64,000 nucleotides of DNA from positions 12,586,001-12,650,000 of the forward strand of contig NC_043021.1 of NCBI RefSeq assembly GCF_006345805.1, given 5' to 3'. Each line of letters starts with the position of its first letter. Positions within the stretch are counted from its first letter, which is position 1. Positions 12,460-27,300 of the stretch are shown here, piece after piece. The DNA is from Octopus sinensis (taxonomy: Eukaryota). A program made the translations under genes and the position numbers. Below the pieces are notes generated by a model, which made no database searches, had not been told where the DNA came from, and saw nothing but the letters and a program-made list of their open reading frames with translations.

Positions 12460-13248
12460 GTTCTTTGAAGAAAGTGACGGGGATAGATGCAAATACGTGT
12501 ACCATCCAATGAAGACTAATTCCATGTATTAACGCCGAAATTCGCGCTCTCTGACGTCACCATTCACTCCGAATGAATTCCACTCGTTGCTGCTACAACA
12601 TTATTATTATTAGTAGTAATAATATTAATAATAATAATAATATTACGTTGAAATTTTGAAGAAAGACAAGCTTACAATTTATTTAAAAAATATAACTATC
12701 ATAGAGGTGCGAATTAAATCCACTTTGCTCAGAGTTACAATAACAAAAAGACATATAGGTGTCTGTGTCTGTACGTGTGTGTGTGTGTGTGTATGTATAT
12801 ATATATATATTATCTCAGTATAGATTTGAAATGAGAAAAATAAAACCTAATCGCAAAATATGTATGTGTTGGTGTGTGTGTATTATTGATTGGGCAAGGA
12901 AAGGCGAAGGCTGTTCCCTTAAAGAATTTCGTCAGGTCTAAAAAAAAGCGATTCTTTTCTTTATGGTGGGTTTACAATTGCTGAAATTATTCCTATATTT
13001 CACCACATTTTCAGATTTTGCTTTCAGTCAGTTGTTATTTGAAGATATGGAGAGAAACATTTTACACTTTATAAACGAGAGAAAAAAAACGAGAGAAAAA
13101 AAACCACCGTTGAATAAGCAAAACGCTTTTCAGAATAAAAACTTTTAAAAGCAGAAAGAAAAAAAAAAAACTTTTTCCAAACCTGTCAGAGGTTACTTCC
13201 GGTGCAGCATGTTTATATACTTTTCACAGGGTTGTTATAACGGTTGCT
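12460..13248. promoter_or_regulatory. Probable bidirectional promoter between WDR76 and the ankyrin gene
   Basis: Divergent start codons about 790 bp apart; perfect CRE TGACGTCA at 12552-12559; E2F-like ttcgcgc at 12541-12547; ETS-type ACTTCCGGT at 13195-13203; local CpG retention. Confidence 0.6.
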
Positions 13249-13270
13249 ATGGTAATGGATGCCAGTACAA
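13249..13270 (+). CDS. Ankyrin gene first coding exon (MVMDAST+)
   Basis: ATG at 13249; strong donor A|gtaagt, phase 1 matches the next exon; upstream acceptor ttttcacag at 13229 suggests a possible 5'UTR intron. Confidence 0.7.
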
Positions 13271-14010
13271 GTAAGTTCCACACTCTTTTATCGTCTCCTG
13301 TTAAACAATTTTTTAAAAATCGTTTATCTTTCACTTGTTGCAGTCGTTGGACTGCGGCCATGCTGGAGCACCACCTTGAAATTCGATTTAGTAGAAAGAA
13401 ATCGACACCAGCACTTATTTTCCGAAGTACTGGTACTTATTTCTATCAGCCTCAATTTTTGCCGAACTGCCAATGTTACGGAGACGTAAACAAACTAACA
13501 CCGGTTGTAAGTTGTCAAGCAGTTGTGGTGAAACAAACAGGTATACACACACACACACATATATATAAGTTCAGTAAAAATTTAGATTCAGATGAATATG
13601 GTATTTAAGTTGAAGGCACCAGAATTTAGTATGGATCCATATAATTTAGAATAAGGTGATTATAATCAAAATAAGCAACAAGGTACTACATTACCTCTGG
13701 ATATCCTTGTTGCTTATTTTGATTATATATGGCCTAGTGGTTAGGGCAGCGGACTCGCGGTCGCAGGATCGCGGTTTCGATTCCCAGACCGGGCGTTATG
13801 TGTGTTTATTGAGCGAGAACACCTAAAAGCTCCACGAGGCTCCGGCAGGGGGGTGGTGATCCCTGCTGTACTCTTTCACCACTCTTTCTTCTGTTGGCCT
13901 GCTCGCTTAGCCAGCGGGGTGGCGTTATTCGAGGGCTAAAACAATGCGAACGCATTGCGACCAGCGATGTGTAACAACATCTGATGGTCTGGTCGGTCAC
14001 GTGATCACGT

Positions 14011-14072
<62 letters not shown>

Positions 14073-14850
14073 AAGCTCCCATGTAGTTTCTCTCTACTAA
14101 ATCCACTCATAAGACATTGGTCGACCCTGGGCTAGAGTGGAAGACACCCAACAAGCCTCGCAGTGGGATTGAACTTGAAACCATGTTGTTGCTGCAAACC
14201 GAACTTATCCGTGTTTTATAACTCCGAATCATTTTAACGAGTTTTCGTTGTTTTTTTTTGTTTTTTTTGTCGAGAATAATTAGTTTCTTTAATATCATAA
14301 ACAGCGTTAAGGCGAGCTGGCGAAATCGTTAGCAGGCTAGACAAAAATGCTTTGCGTCATTTCGCCCGTCTTTACGTTCCGAGTTCAAATTCCGCCAAGG
14401 TCTACTTTACCTTTCTTCCCTTTCGGGGTCGATAGACTAAGTACCAGTTGAGCAATAGGGTTAATATAATCGATCTATTTCTCCCCCGAAATTGCTGTCC
14501 ATCTGCCAAAAGTTGAAAGCAAGCAGAGGTAACTGGTGAGGCTCGTAAAGACGCTTGGTTGTTCCAGCGCATCAGCCTCGCCATCACCCGCGGCAACGCT
14601 GCAAGCGTGCTGGCGTGCCTCAATAGCCATTAGAGAGGTTTCCCAGCGGCCCTAGCTTTTCAACCCAAAGTGGTGAATTGTTTTTGGTTTTTTTTCTTTT
14701 TAATTTTTTCAATTGTGTGCTTACCAACCACATGGTTCCAGGTTCAATCCCACGTCATGGCACCTTGGGCAAGTGTCTTCTACTATAGCCTCAGGCCGAC
14801 CAAGGCCTTGTGAGTGGATTTAGTTGGCAGAAACTGAAAGAAGCCCATTG

Positions 14851-14881
<31 letters not shown>

Positions 14882-14910
14882 TTTTGTGTTTGTCTCCTCA
14901 ACAATCACTA

Positions 14911-14958
<48 letters not shown>

Positions 14959-17900
14959 GTGTGTGTATATGCTTATGTGTCTGTGTTTGTCCCCCCAACA
15001 TTGCTTAACAACCGATGTTGGTGTATTTACGTCCCTGTAACTTAGTAGTTCAGCAAAAGAGGCTGATAGAATAAGTACTAGGCTTACAAAGAATAAGTCC
15101 TGGGGTTGATTTGCTCGACTAAAGGCGGTACTCCAGCATGGCCACAGTCAAATGACTGTAACAAGTAAAAGAGTAAAAGAGAGTACAGAGTTGAAAGGAT
15201 GAAAAGCAAAGCTAACATCAGTGGAAGTTGAACTCAGAATGTTCCCTGGCACTCTGTTGGGTACAATGATGAGAGTTCCCTGATCAATGGAACAGACTGC
15301 CTGTGAAATTAATGTGCAAGTGGCTGAGCACCCCACAGACAAGCATACCTATTTCTTTACTACCCACAAGGACAATCAAGGACAGACAAACGGATTAAGT
15401 CGATTATATCGACCCCAGTGCGTAACTGGTACTTATTTAATCGACCCCGAAAGGATGAAAGGCAAAGTCGACCTCGGTGGAATTTGAACTCAGAACGTAA
15501 CGGCAGACAAAATAAGGCTACGCATTTCGCCCGGCGTGCTAACGTTTCTGCCAGCTCGCCGCCTTTGAGGGAAGGGGAGCCAGCTCCCACAGACAAGCAT
15601 ACCTTTAAACATAGTTCTCAGAATGTGATAAAACTGGCCCTTTTGAAAATACAGGTGCAACTCATTTTTGCTAGCTGAGTGGACTGGAGCAATGTGAAAT
15701 AAAGTGTCTTGCTCAAGGATACAACACCCAACTGCTAATCAAATTCACAGCCATACGATTGTCAGCTAAATATCTTATACACTGAGCTACATACCTTCTG
15801 ACAGACAAAATGCTGCTAAGCATTTTTCATGGCATGTTACCGATTCTGCCAGATGGCCACCTTTGTTTGGAACATTAACATGAAATTTTGATAGCTTTCA
15901 ATTTAGACCACTTTTAAGCAGAGAATATACTACAGATTGAGAAGTCACAGGTAGTTTGGTATCAAAAGGGTCGATTCCAATTCTATTTAAAGATCATTGA
16001 TCTTATTCATCTTAGCCCTTTCATTACTGTATTTATTTTGAGATACTCTGTGTTTCTTTCGATTACTTTAAATATAACAAAGAATTTAGTAAAATAACTC
16101 AGTTATCATTCAGCTAGTGTTAGGAACATAAATTGTGACTAAGGTCTGGTGGAAGATTTTAATTAAAAACTTATGAAAACAAGACTTTTGTACTCAGAGC
16201 CAGAGCCGGTTTCAGCCGGATTGGTAACGAAAGGGTTAATTATTGATCGTTATTCTCAATGTGATAGAATATTCAATGTGTGTCACTTAATTAATATGTG
16301 TAACTTTATTTCTGTACATGTTTTTCTTTTGTTTTTTTCCATTTCCAAACACCAGAGAAGCAGTTCTTTTATTCAAAGCCGTCTCAGCAGTTTACAAATG
16401 ATTCATCCTTCTATACTGAGTTCCACAAATGTAGGGACAGCTTGGATAAAAGTCCTTTTCTTCAAGCTTGCGGTTATGGACAGCTAGATGTTCTTGAGAA
16501 ACTACTTCAGGTCAATTCCTTTCTCATTCTCATTTTCCTTTTTGGTGGTTTTGGTAATGGAGGTGGTATATATACAGTTGCGGCCAAAATGTTCAGAACG
16601 GCATTGTTTTCGTCAGAAAAGTAGGTATAAGTTTTTATTAAAGTTGTTTTATATTCTATAATTTTCACAGACAATAAATACAATAAATTAATTGGTATTG
16701 TCTAAGATTTTGGTATAATTTGAGTGGATGATACAAAAGTTATGGATGATATAGTGATTTACTGCAAAACCCATGGTGGCCAAAATGATCAGAACGGTTG
16801 AAAAAGTAACAAAATAATCAAAAAGTGACAGAGAATGCTGGAATTATTTCATATTTAGTGTGAAGCCCTTTAGCTTCAATCAAAGTTTGACATTTTTGAC
16901 TGCATGGGGAAATTAAATTTTCAATTTCTTGCTGCGTGATCTTATTCCATTCTTCCTGAAGGGCATTCCATAATTGCTCGGTTGTTTTAGGATTTCTGGC
17001 TTTCAAACGTTCTCCTAGAATATTCCACACATTTTCAATAGGATTGAGGTCTGGGCTTTGAGCAGGCCAATCCATAACAATAACCTTTTCAGCCTTGAGG
17101 AAGTTCATGACCACCTTAGCCTTGTGACATGGGGCATTGTCCTGCAGGAATATGGGTGGTCACTTAGTTGAATTTCTCGGCACAGGCAAGACATGATCTT
17201 TTACAAGTTGTTTAAAACTCCTGAATTTACCTTTCCATGTAATCGTAGCAAAGGGCCCAAACATCCAGATATCATCCCCCAAACCATGACACTTCCTACA
17301 ACGAATTTTACACTAGTCTTAAGGCATTTCGGTGACAATTTTTCACCTACTTTTCGACGAATGTACCTTTTCCCATCTGAGCCAAATAACATAGACTTAG
17401 ATTCATCACTGAAATGCACCGTTTGCCATTTTTCTTGAGACAACAACACATGTTTGGTTGCAAAGGTAAGACGACACTTTTAATTCTTGGAGCTGATCAG
17501 TGGCTTCACTGCAGGTGCTCTTGCTTGTAGGTCATGTTCAACTAAAGGATGAGACAGTTTTTCGAGATAAAGTTTTCTTCAGTACAATGCTCATTTTCCG
17601 AAAAACAGCAGCAGCAGTTTTAAATCTGTCCTTTTTAACCAACTTTACCATAGCACAATCTTCTCTGTTGGTCGTTTTTCTTGGCCTACCTGTAGACTTT
17701 CTTGCTTCACACGAACCACAATCATCGTAGACCTTAAGAATACCGTGAACAACACTTTTTGACTTGTTAACAATCTTTCCAATAGACCTAATACTTAAAT
17801 TATCCTTCTTTCGAAGCTTAATGATCTGCTGACGAATTGGTAACGGAGTAAGTAGCATTATATTAACAAAGTACACTGCAGATATTCTTACTAATATTTA

Positions 17901-20792
17901 GTAAATGAACTGTCACGTAAACAAATTCAAAACATTAGAGTTCGATGGTTAAATATACTAAAACATGGAGTAAAAGCAACTGTTCTGATCATTTTGGCCG
18001 CCATGGGTTTTGCAGTAAATCACTAAATCATCCATAACTTTTTTATTATCCTCTCAAATTACACAAAAATCTCAGACAATAACAAATAATATCGTATTTA
18101 TTGTCTGTGAAAATTATAGAAAATAAAACAACTTTAATAAAAACTTATACCTACTTTTCTGACGAAAACAATGCCGTTCTGAACATTTTGGCCGCAACTG
18201 TATATATACACATCTGTAAATGTAATATGTGACAATTATTCGGTAGCCAAGATAAAACTCCAAGTTTCAGATGTCAGAGTGGAAATCCACGCCACCATCA
18301 GAAAAAACTTTTCATAGCATTTTTTCCGATGGCCAGATAACTGAAGAGATGGCGGCATGGATTTTCACCTGGGCATCCGAAACTCGGAGTTTTATCATGG
18401 CTGCCGAATAATTGTCACATATTACATTTACAGATAAATTCCTCTATTTACATAATATTGAGGTCTCTTTCTTTCTTTTGTTGTCTTACCATTTTTATCA
18501 ATATATAAATGGCGTTAGGAAGGGCATTGGTGTTAGGAAGGGCATCCAGCTGTAGAAACACTGCCAGATCTGACTGGCCTGGTGCAGCCTTCGGGCTCCC
18601 CAGACCCCAGTTGAACCGTCCAACCCATGCTAGCATGGAAAGCGGACGTTAAATGATGATGATGATGATGATGATGATATAGATGTGTGTAAAAACTAAC
18701 ACTTCCTTTTTCCGAGCTGAGATTCAAAACCAAATCTAAGAATTCTTGCTCGTCTGATCTACCACTGGCCAAACATGGTGCGAAAGACAATCAAAACAGC
18801 CTGCTCATGAAATTAACACACAAATACCCTTGACATAGTTCTCTGGGAGATTCAGCATGACATAGAATATGACAGGGCCGGCCTTTTGAATAACAAGTGT
18901 TACTTGTTTTTTACCAGCTGAGCGAACTGGAGCAACGTGAAATAAAGTGTCTTGCTCAAGGACGCAATGTGTCACAGGGAATTGAACTCATGACCTTACA
19001 GTCATGAGCTGACTACCCTAACCACTTATCCACATGCCCTCACAGGCAGATTTTTATCAAACAGGTTAAAGAAATCATGTTTCTGTAGAATTTCTATGTC
19101 CAACTTTACCATTTTGTGTACATCTCTCTCTTTCTCCCCCCCCCTCTTTCTCTCTCTCTCTCATGATCTCTTTTTACCATTCTTTTTCCTTTGTCCTTAG
19201 GAAGGTAATGATCCTTACTCAAAGTCCTTGTGCGGCCGAACTGCATTACATGAAACCTGCATTGGGGGACACGTGCCTTGTTTGATACTTCTGCTGGAGC
19301 TGTCCCCTAATATAGACGCCCAGGATCATGATGGCTTCACAGCTGTCCACATGGCTGCTCTCCATGGTGAGGAAGAGTGTTTGAAATGCTTAGCCTCGAA
19401 GGGTAAATATTTGTTATTTTCTGTTATTCAGTAGAAGAGGGATTGTTGTTGTTTGTTCCTTCTCGAGCCATGCCTGGCTCATAGGGCCAGTTTCCTGGTT
19501 TCCTTGGCGTACAGGTTCCCCACCTGGACGGGACATTGGTTGTCAAGATGCAGGAGGAAACATCGAGAAAAAGTTGTGGCGAAAGAGTCACAGAAGTTGC
19601 CATTACCTTCTGCCGGAGCCGCGTGGAGCTTTGGTGTTTTGCTCATAAGCACACATCGCCCAGTCTGAGATTCGAACCCACAATCCCTTGACCGCAAGTC
19701 CGCTGCTCTAACCACTAGGCCATGTGCCTGCACAGTAGCAGATGGTAAGATGGCAGAATTGTTGCAGCATTAGCTAAAAAGCGAGCGAGCAGAATCGTTA
19801 GCACGTCGGGCGAAATGCTTAGCGGTATTTCGGCTGCCGTTACGTTGTGAGTTCAAATTCCGCCGGGGTCGACTTTGCCTTTCATCCTTTCGGAGTCGAT
19901 AAATTAAGTACCAGTTAAGCACTGGGGTCGATATAATCGACTTAATACCTATGTCTGTCCATGTTTGTCTCCTCTATGTTTAGCCCCTTGTGGGTAATAA
20001 AGAAATAGGTATTTGTTCCAACTCTTTACATTCTGAGTTTAAGTCCCGCCAAATTCAACTTTATACTTTCATACTTCAGGGATCAGTAAAATAAAGTACT
20101 AGTCAAGTATAGGAGTCAATGGTACCCAGTAACCCGCTTCCCTCAAAACTGATGGCCTTGTGCCTAAATTAGAAACTAATATTAATGTCGTTAATTTTAA
20201 GGCAGCAGGCTGACAGAATAATTAGCACGCTGGACAAGACATTTAGCTGCATTCTTTCTAAGCTTTATGTTCCAAGTTCAAATTCTGTTGAGGTCAGCTT
20301 TGCTTTTCATCCTTTCAGGGTTGATAAATTAAGTACCAGTTGGACACTGATGCCAATCACCTTATGTTGTGTAGTGGATGTATTCTGTCTTGGCACCCAT
20401 ACCAATGAAGTTGAAACGTCCCTCGTGAGACAGGATCAAGGGGGACCTCATGTCCCTACACAAAATGCCATGTGGGATTGAGTTACATTTCATTTCATTT
20501 ACTTGTTGCAGTCAAACAAATCGACCCCAGGACTTATTCTTTGTAAGCCTAGTACTTATTCTATTTTGGGCAGAGGTGGGCTAGTCAATTACATTCAACT
20601 GGTGCTTATTTTAACGACCCAGAAAGGATGAAAGGCTAAAATGACCCTACAGCATTTGAACTCAGAACGTAAAGCCAGACAAAATGCCGCTAAGCATTTT
20701 GCCCAGCGCAGAAATGACTCTGCCTACTTGCTACTCTAATAATAATAATAACAATAACAACAACAACAACAATAATAATAATAATAATAATA

Positions 20793-20839
<47 letters not shown>

Positions 20840-21760
20840 CATCTTGTTTTATCAGGTGCCAACTTGCTACTGGGTGACAATTATGGCCGACTTCCAATTC
20901 ACCTTGCTGCTATGAGAAACCACTTGAACATTGTTCAGCTGTTATTAAGTGATGGCAATGCAAGCTTGAGTGCCACATGCAATCTTAGGAAGACCCCTTT
21001 GCACTATGCTGCACAATATGGAAGTGAGTAAGCAGAGAGAGCATTCTCTTCTTTTATTTTGTTTTCTTCAGCTTGTTAAGCCTGGAAGATCCACCTGAGA
21101 CCTGTGGTGAGCTCAGTGGCCTTAATTTTCTGTTTTCTTTCTTTGCTTTCCAACCACATGGTCTTGGGTTCAATCCCACTGCATAGCACCTTCTACTATA
21201 GCCATGAGCCAACCAAAGCCCTGTAACTGGGTTTGGCTGGCAGAAACTGAAAGAAGCCCAATGTGTGTATATAATATATATATATATATATTCTTTTACT
21301 CTTTTACTTGTTTCATTTATTTGACTGTGGCCATGCTGGAGCACCACCTTTAGTCGAGCAAATCAACCCCAGGACTTATTCTTTGTGAGCCTAGTACATA
21401 TTCTATCGGTCTCTTTTCCTGAACCACTAAGTTACGGGGACGTAAACACACCAGCATCAGTTGTCAAGCGATGCTGGGGGGGACAAACACAGACACACAA
21501 ACATATACACATGCACATACATACATATATACAACGGGCTTCTTTCAGTTTCTGTCTACCAAATCCACTCACAAGGCTTTAGTCGGACCGAGGCTATAGT
21601 AGAAGACACTTGCCCGAAGTGCCACACAGTGGGACTGAACCGAAACCATGTGGTTGGTAAACAAGCTACTTACCACACAGCCACTCCTGTGCCCATAATA
21701 TATGTATGTATATAATGTATATTATATATATATATTCTTTTCTGTAGTTTCAGCTATATG

Positions 21761-21799
<39 letters not shown>

Positions 21800-23743
21800 T
21801 ATATAATATATATATATATATATGTATATATAATATTGCCCATGAATTTCAGCCACAACATCTTAACTTGACCCCCAAGGGCCATCTGGTCCCTGGTTGA
21901 AAACCACTACGTTCAAGGAACCTCACCAGAAATGTTCAGTTTTGCTGCTGATTTCTCTGTTTCTTCATGTTATCATTGCAGGTGTAAACTGTTTGAAATA
22001 CATCATAGAGCAAGGATTTGAGCCCTTGGTACTGGATGGCTCAGGATTGAACCCTGCCCAGTGTGCTGCTCGCTATGACAAACTGAAATGTTTACGTTAC
22101 TTGCTCAAACATGGGATCCAGGCAAACTGCAGAAATAAAAATGGCCAAACACTGGCCCACCTGGTAAATATTGTCATTATTATAATAATCATTATTATTA
22201 TTATTATTATCTCTATATATATAAAACTGAGAATGTGTGTCTGTCTGTCTGTCTGTGTGTTTCCCTAAAACTTGAGAACTACACAACCAATTTCATTCAA
22301 ATTTTACACATGCCTTACTTAGGTCCGAGCCCACAGCAATATCATATCTTCTCCACTATTTCAGTATTACGTGTTAAAAGTGAAACAAAAACATTTCTCT
22401 ATTTTATGTCAGATACTTTCACTTTAACAATAAAAATAATAATAACAATTGAATTATATGTAGTAAGTAATAATTAAAATCAAACTAAAGTATAATATAA
22501 TCGTAATATAACAAAAGTAAAAATAGCAATTTGAACTTGAATAAGTGGTTTCACATGAATGGGAATAAATTAAAAATAAAATTAGCGTGCAGAAATGGAA
22601 TAGTCCTACAATTCCAGTCTGTTATATATTTTCAGTATTGTTATCACTAGCGATATCAAGATATAACTTTGTATTTTGTATTTTATGTGTAGATGTATAT
22701 ATATAGATGTACATGTAATATGTACACATATATATAATAATAATGAAATTATTGTATACAGTGCTCAGGTGCACCACAACTTGTCAGAAAGTGCATATAA
22801 AGTACATGCAGTAATGTAAAAATGTCTGGGAAGTGAACAATGTATGAGTCAGATACATGCCTGTGTGTGTGTATGGAGGGGAGAAAATCAGGTGTAGTGT
22901 TGATGAATCTCAGAAAGCATGGAAGTTTTGAAGGATGCAGTGCTCCGACAACTAACAACTGATGCCAACAGTTTGTTCCATGCTTCAGCAACTCTCAGCG
23001 TGAAAAAATGCTTCCTGAAGTCATGGGAGCTGTGCTGTTTTCTGACTTTGTAAATATGTCCACGGGTGTTAGATGGGTGGAGTTTGAAAAGGTGCTCAGA
23101 GTTATTATTTGTACGATGGTTGATAATTTTATGGGTGTCTGCCAAGTCAGCTGCCAGACGTCGGAGTTTCAATGTGTCCATGCCCAGGGAAGTAAGGCGT
23201 TCAGGATATGGCAAATGCCTGATGGAGGGTATTCTTTTAGTTGCACGTCGCTGAACAGCTACCAGACGATTGATATCCTGGGCAAGATAATGCACTAGCA
23301 CTATGACCCGGCAAAGACGGGTCGTAATGCTAGTAATTAATAAGGTTGCCAGCTGGGAGAATCATTCGCATGCTGGATGAAATGCTTAGTGGCATTTCAT
23401 CCATTTTTATGTTCTGAGTTCAAATTCCGCCAGGGTCAATTTTGCCGTTCATCCTTTCAGGTTGATAAAATAAGTACCAGTTGAACACTGGGGGTCAATG
23501 TAATTGATTTAGCCCCTCTCCCAAAATTGCTGGCCTTAAAATTTGAAACCATTATTATTATTATTTAAGATGGTGAAATGCTGAGCACTTGTCTCTATGT
23601 TCTGAGTTCAAATTCCACCAAGGTCAGCTTTGCCTTTCATCCTTTCAGGGTCGATAAATTAAGTACCAGTTGAACACTGGGGTTGATGTAATTGACTTAA
23701 CTGCTTGCCTTGTGCCAAAATTTGAAACTATTATTATTATTAC

Positions 23744-23782
<39 letters not shown>

Positions 23783-23803
23783 TATTACTATTATTATTAT
23801 TAC

Positions 23804-23852
<49 letters not shown>

Positions 23853-24131
23853 TGTGTACAGCAAAAACCTGTGGACTTCATCTTGTTTAACTTGTACTTC
23901 ATTTACCCCTACTGCTTTGTGAAGTCATGGTTCAGATACACTTCAACTGAAGAGATTCAACAAATGCGAAATATAATAGGAGTTGTCTCCCCTTATCTGC
24001 TAAATGCAAATATATTGTTCGTCCTCCAGTATTATTAATTTATAAATATACATCCACACACATGCAAGCATATACATATATATATATATATATACATATA
24101 TATATACATATATATATACATATATATACAC

Positions 24132-24178
<47 letters not shown>

Positions 24179-24282
24179 ATAGATATATATAGACATATAT
24201 ATATATATATATAATATATATATATATATATTATATATATATATAATATATATATTGACTTTATGATTGCCAAAGTCTGTTT

Positions 24283-24317
<35 letters not shown>

Positions 24318-27300
24318 GAGTTGGTGCATAATTATTGTGGCTTTTTTTCAGCAAAATTTTATTCAACAAAATCAATAACAATATTTAACAAAAACAGCTT
24401 TAAATGATGGTCTGACTTTCTGCCAAGCAAAATGGGAAGCCGTAATTGAAGTAGATGGTGAATATGCTCCAGAATAATCATTTAAAGATGTTTTTGTTAA
24501 ATAACATTTGTTGAAAAAAAAGTTACAATAATTATGCACCAACCCAATGTATTAATACTAATAATAATCCATATTATTATTACTATATTAATCCTATGTT
24601 ATATCAGCACAGCTCAGCCCAGTCCCATAAAAGTGCAGTTGCAAATTGGAATCACTAAGTCAGGGCCGACACAGAAGCTATTATGTGTGTACTCAAAAAC
24701 ATTTCCCATAAACGAACTTCAAAGATATATATATTTGTATATTAATCAAAGTGTACAGTATTACATATCCACTATGGCTCATCTTAGCAATCAGTTTCAC
24801 ACTTGATGTTCAATGGAACGTTAGGTAACAGCCTGATTATGTAACCCTGTGCTCTGCAGAGATGACAGTTATGGAATGAAATATGGTGGCTGCTCTCTAT
24901 TGTTGGAGGTGAAAAGATACATCCAGCTTGTGGTTGTTATGAAAATGATGATGAAATGAACTGAGCAAACGTACATACATACATACATAAATACATATAA
25001 GGTTTGTACCAGAAGTAATGCAAAAGTTAACATTATTTTTGAATCGACTGATTCAGAGTGTTCAACTTACCTGTTGATAGAGCAATTCTTCTTCCATACT
25101 GAAGTACTACTCAGCCTCTGCTCCATTGCTGAACTGAACCCAACTCTTTAAACCTTTTTGGAAAAGCTGTTCACTGTTGTACCCACTTTTTCACAGATAC
25201 CTCCTGTGTCTTCAAAATCTATTCTCCATTGGATCAAACCATTGGATGGCATTGGCATGGGATCTGGACCCTATGGTGAATAAGGTACCATTGACCTGTT
25301 CCATTTGCTGATTGCCTGATTCACTTCTAAAAATGTTTATGGTTGCATACAGTCATGGTGGATGTGGATCGTTTTTAGATTCTTGTTTGGTTTCTTCCTC
25401 CTCATGGCTTCTCTAAGCTTTTGAAATGTCTCGGTATACAACTCACTGTAAATGATACAACCATATTCCAGAAAAACCATGGAGAATGATGCCCTTTTAT
25501 TCACAGTTTGCCACAAGGGCAGTACACAGAGTAGCTGCAGACTGGACAAGTACATTAATATGATGAGGATGATAATGATAAAAATGGGAGGAGCACTGGC
25601 GCCCACCAACCGATAACCCCTCGAAAACACTGTTCAATTAAAATTCAAGAATAAAAATTAATATACAGTAATTAGATACAAGTATAAACATTTCAAAACA
25701 AAAATTCTTTTTTCATTCATCTTCCTTGTCTGGGCCCCCAAGTAAGTTTCCTGCCACTTGCAGGAAAGCCTGCATTGGCAGGCGTGGACGGAGGGACACA
25801 AAATCCTCATTATTGCAGGTCCTCCTGACCTCAGTTAATTCTTCTTGGGTGACAGCCTCCACAGCCACCTGCAGAGGCCAACATGGACCGTCTAGAAGAC
25901 TATCCAAGTACATCTCAACAGGCCCTCCCTTGAGGTAGAAAATGAAAATTTCCACCTCTTTCTCATGGGGAGGGGCCTGAACCTTCTCTGTCAGTGGCAC
26001 AATCCCCACTGACAGAGCCTCGGGTTTGGTCGGCGGCACATTGACATCCGCCGACCGTCTCCTGTTTCTCTTCCTTCTCCTTTTTCTTTTTGTGGTTGCG
26101 GAAGAACAATGCCCTAGTTGACCTAAAAAACCCCAGTCAGTATGAATTTCTCTGTTGATCATTGGCCCTTGAAAATGTTAGGCTTTGAAGAGGAATGTGA
26201 TGTCATTTCATGAACTGAGCATTGGCTTCCAGATCATAAAGATATGCCCCCATTTCATCTCATCTTCTGTTACCAGACCAGAAGATAAAAACAGGAAGAA
26301 AAGAAAGGGTCTTCATTGGCTTCAAATGCTTCTGACAAATTAAACCAAACTTCCACTCTATTCTCCCTCAAATCAGCTGTCAACTGCATTGGTACACATT
26401 TTGCATGTACTGTCCAATATCTTGAGCCTTTCACCATCTTCTGTAATGTGTTGTGACCACTGTCCAGTTATACAGCAACCTTACATGTTGTGACTCCTTG
26501 TCCCACACAAATCAATTTGTTTGCTCAGTCGGTCTTAGTGGTTGCAGTGGATGGTCTCCCTTGACATGGTTTGTTTTCAATGCTGTTTTTCTTCCTTTCT
26601 TTAAACTTCTCCATCCATCTGTACACATTGCTCTCATCAATGTAGACTTTGATGGAGTATTGATGCAAAAACACCTCGAAAAGTTAATTGCTTACAGGGA
26701 CACTGTATTTTCATTATGCAACCATAAATAACTACTAAGCATATTAAAGGCAGCCCACTTGTGTTAGCAGTGCAATTCAGTCACTTTTTATAATTATTTC
26801 TATAGATTTTATATAGAAATTATGGCCAGCACTGAAAATTAAGACATTTCATACACTAATACATCAATATAAACAATGCATTTGAAGATAGGGAAATAGG
26901 CAATGAGTTAATCTGTGTATACTGATGATGGAGCAAGAACTCCTGAGATATGTATATACACCCATTACATATTTTTAAAAACTTTAATCATATTGTTTAC
27001 ATTGACATATTCATATAGAAACATTTGTAGAAATCATCATCATTGTTTGCTGTCCACCTTCCATGGGTTGGACGATTTGACAGGAGCCTGCGCCAGACTC
27101 CTGTGTCTCTTTTGGTAGGCTTTTTACACTTGGATGCCCTTGCTAACACTGACCACCCAGCAGAGTGGACTGAGTGCTTTTTACGTGGTACAAGCACAGG
27201 TGAGGTCAGTTTTGGCAAGGTTTTTACTGCTGGATGCCCTTCCAAATACCAACCACTTTACAGAATAATTTTAAAAAGTGTCCTTGAAACATTGTAATGC

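Noticed and set aside
13727-13800. tRNA-like sequence (also 2007-2075 and 19660-19733)
   Set aside because: A and B boxes are present, but there is no acceptor stem and the sequence continues into a SINE body.
23645-24381. Poly-Ile, poly-Leu and Tyr-Ile ORFs (also 20684, 54922, 56054, 61329)
   Set aside because: Translations of ATT, TA, CAT and TTC microsatellites. Only the embedded ankyrin exon in the 20684 ORF is real.
24860-24908. Possible short exon ([16 protein letters not shown])
   Set aside because: Weak donor, no ankyrin similarity, and not needed for frame continuity.
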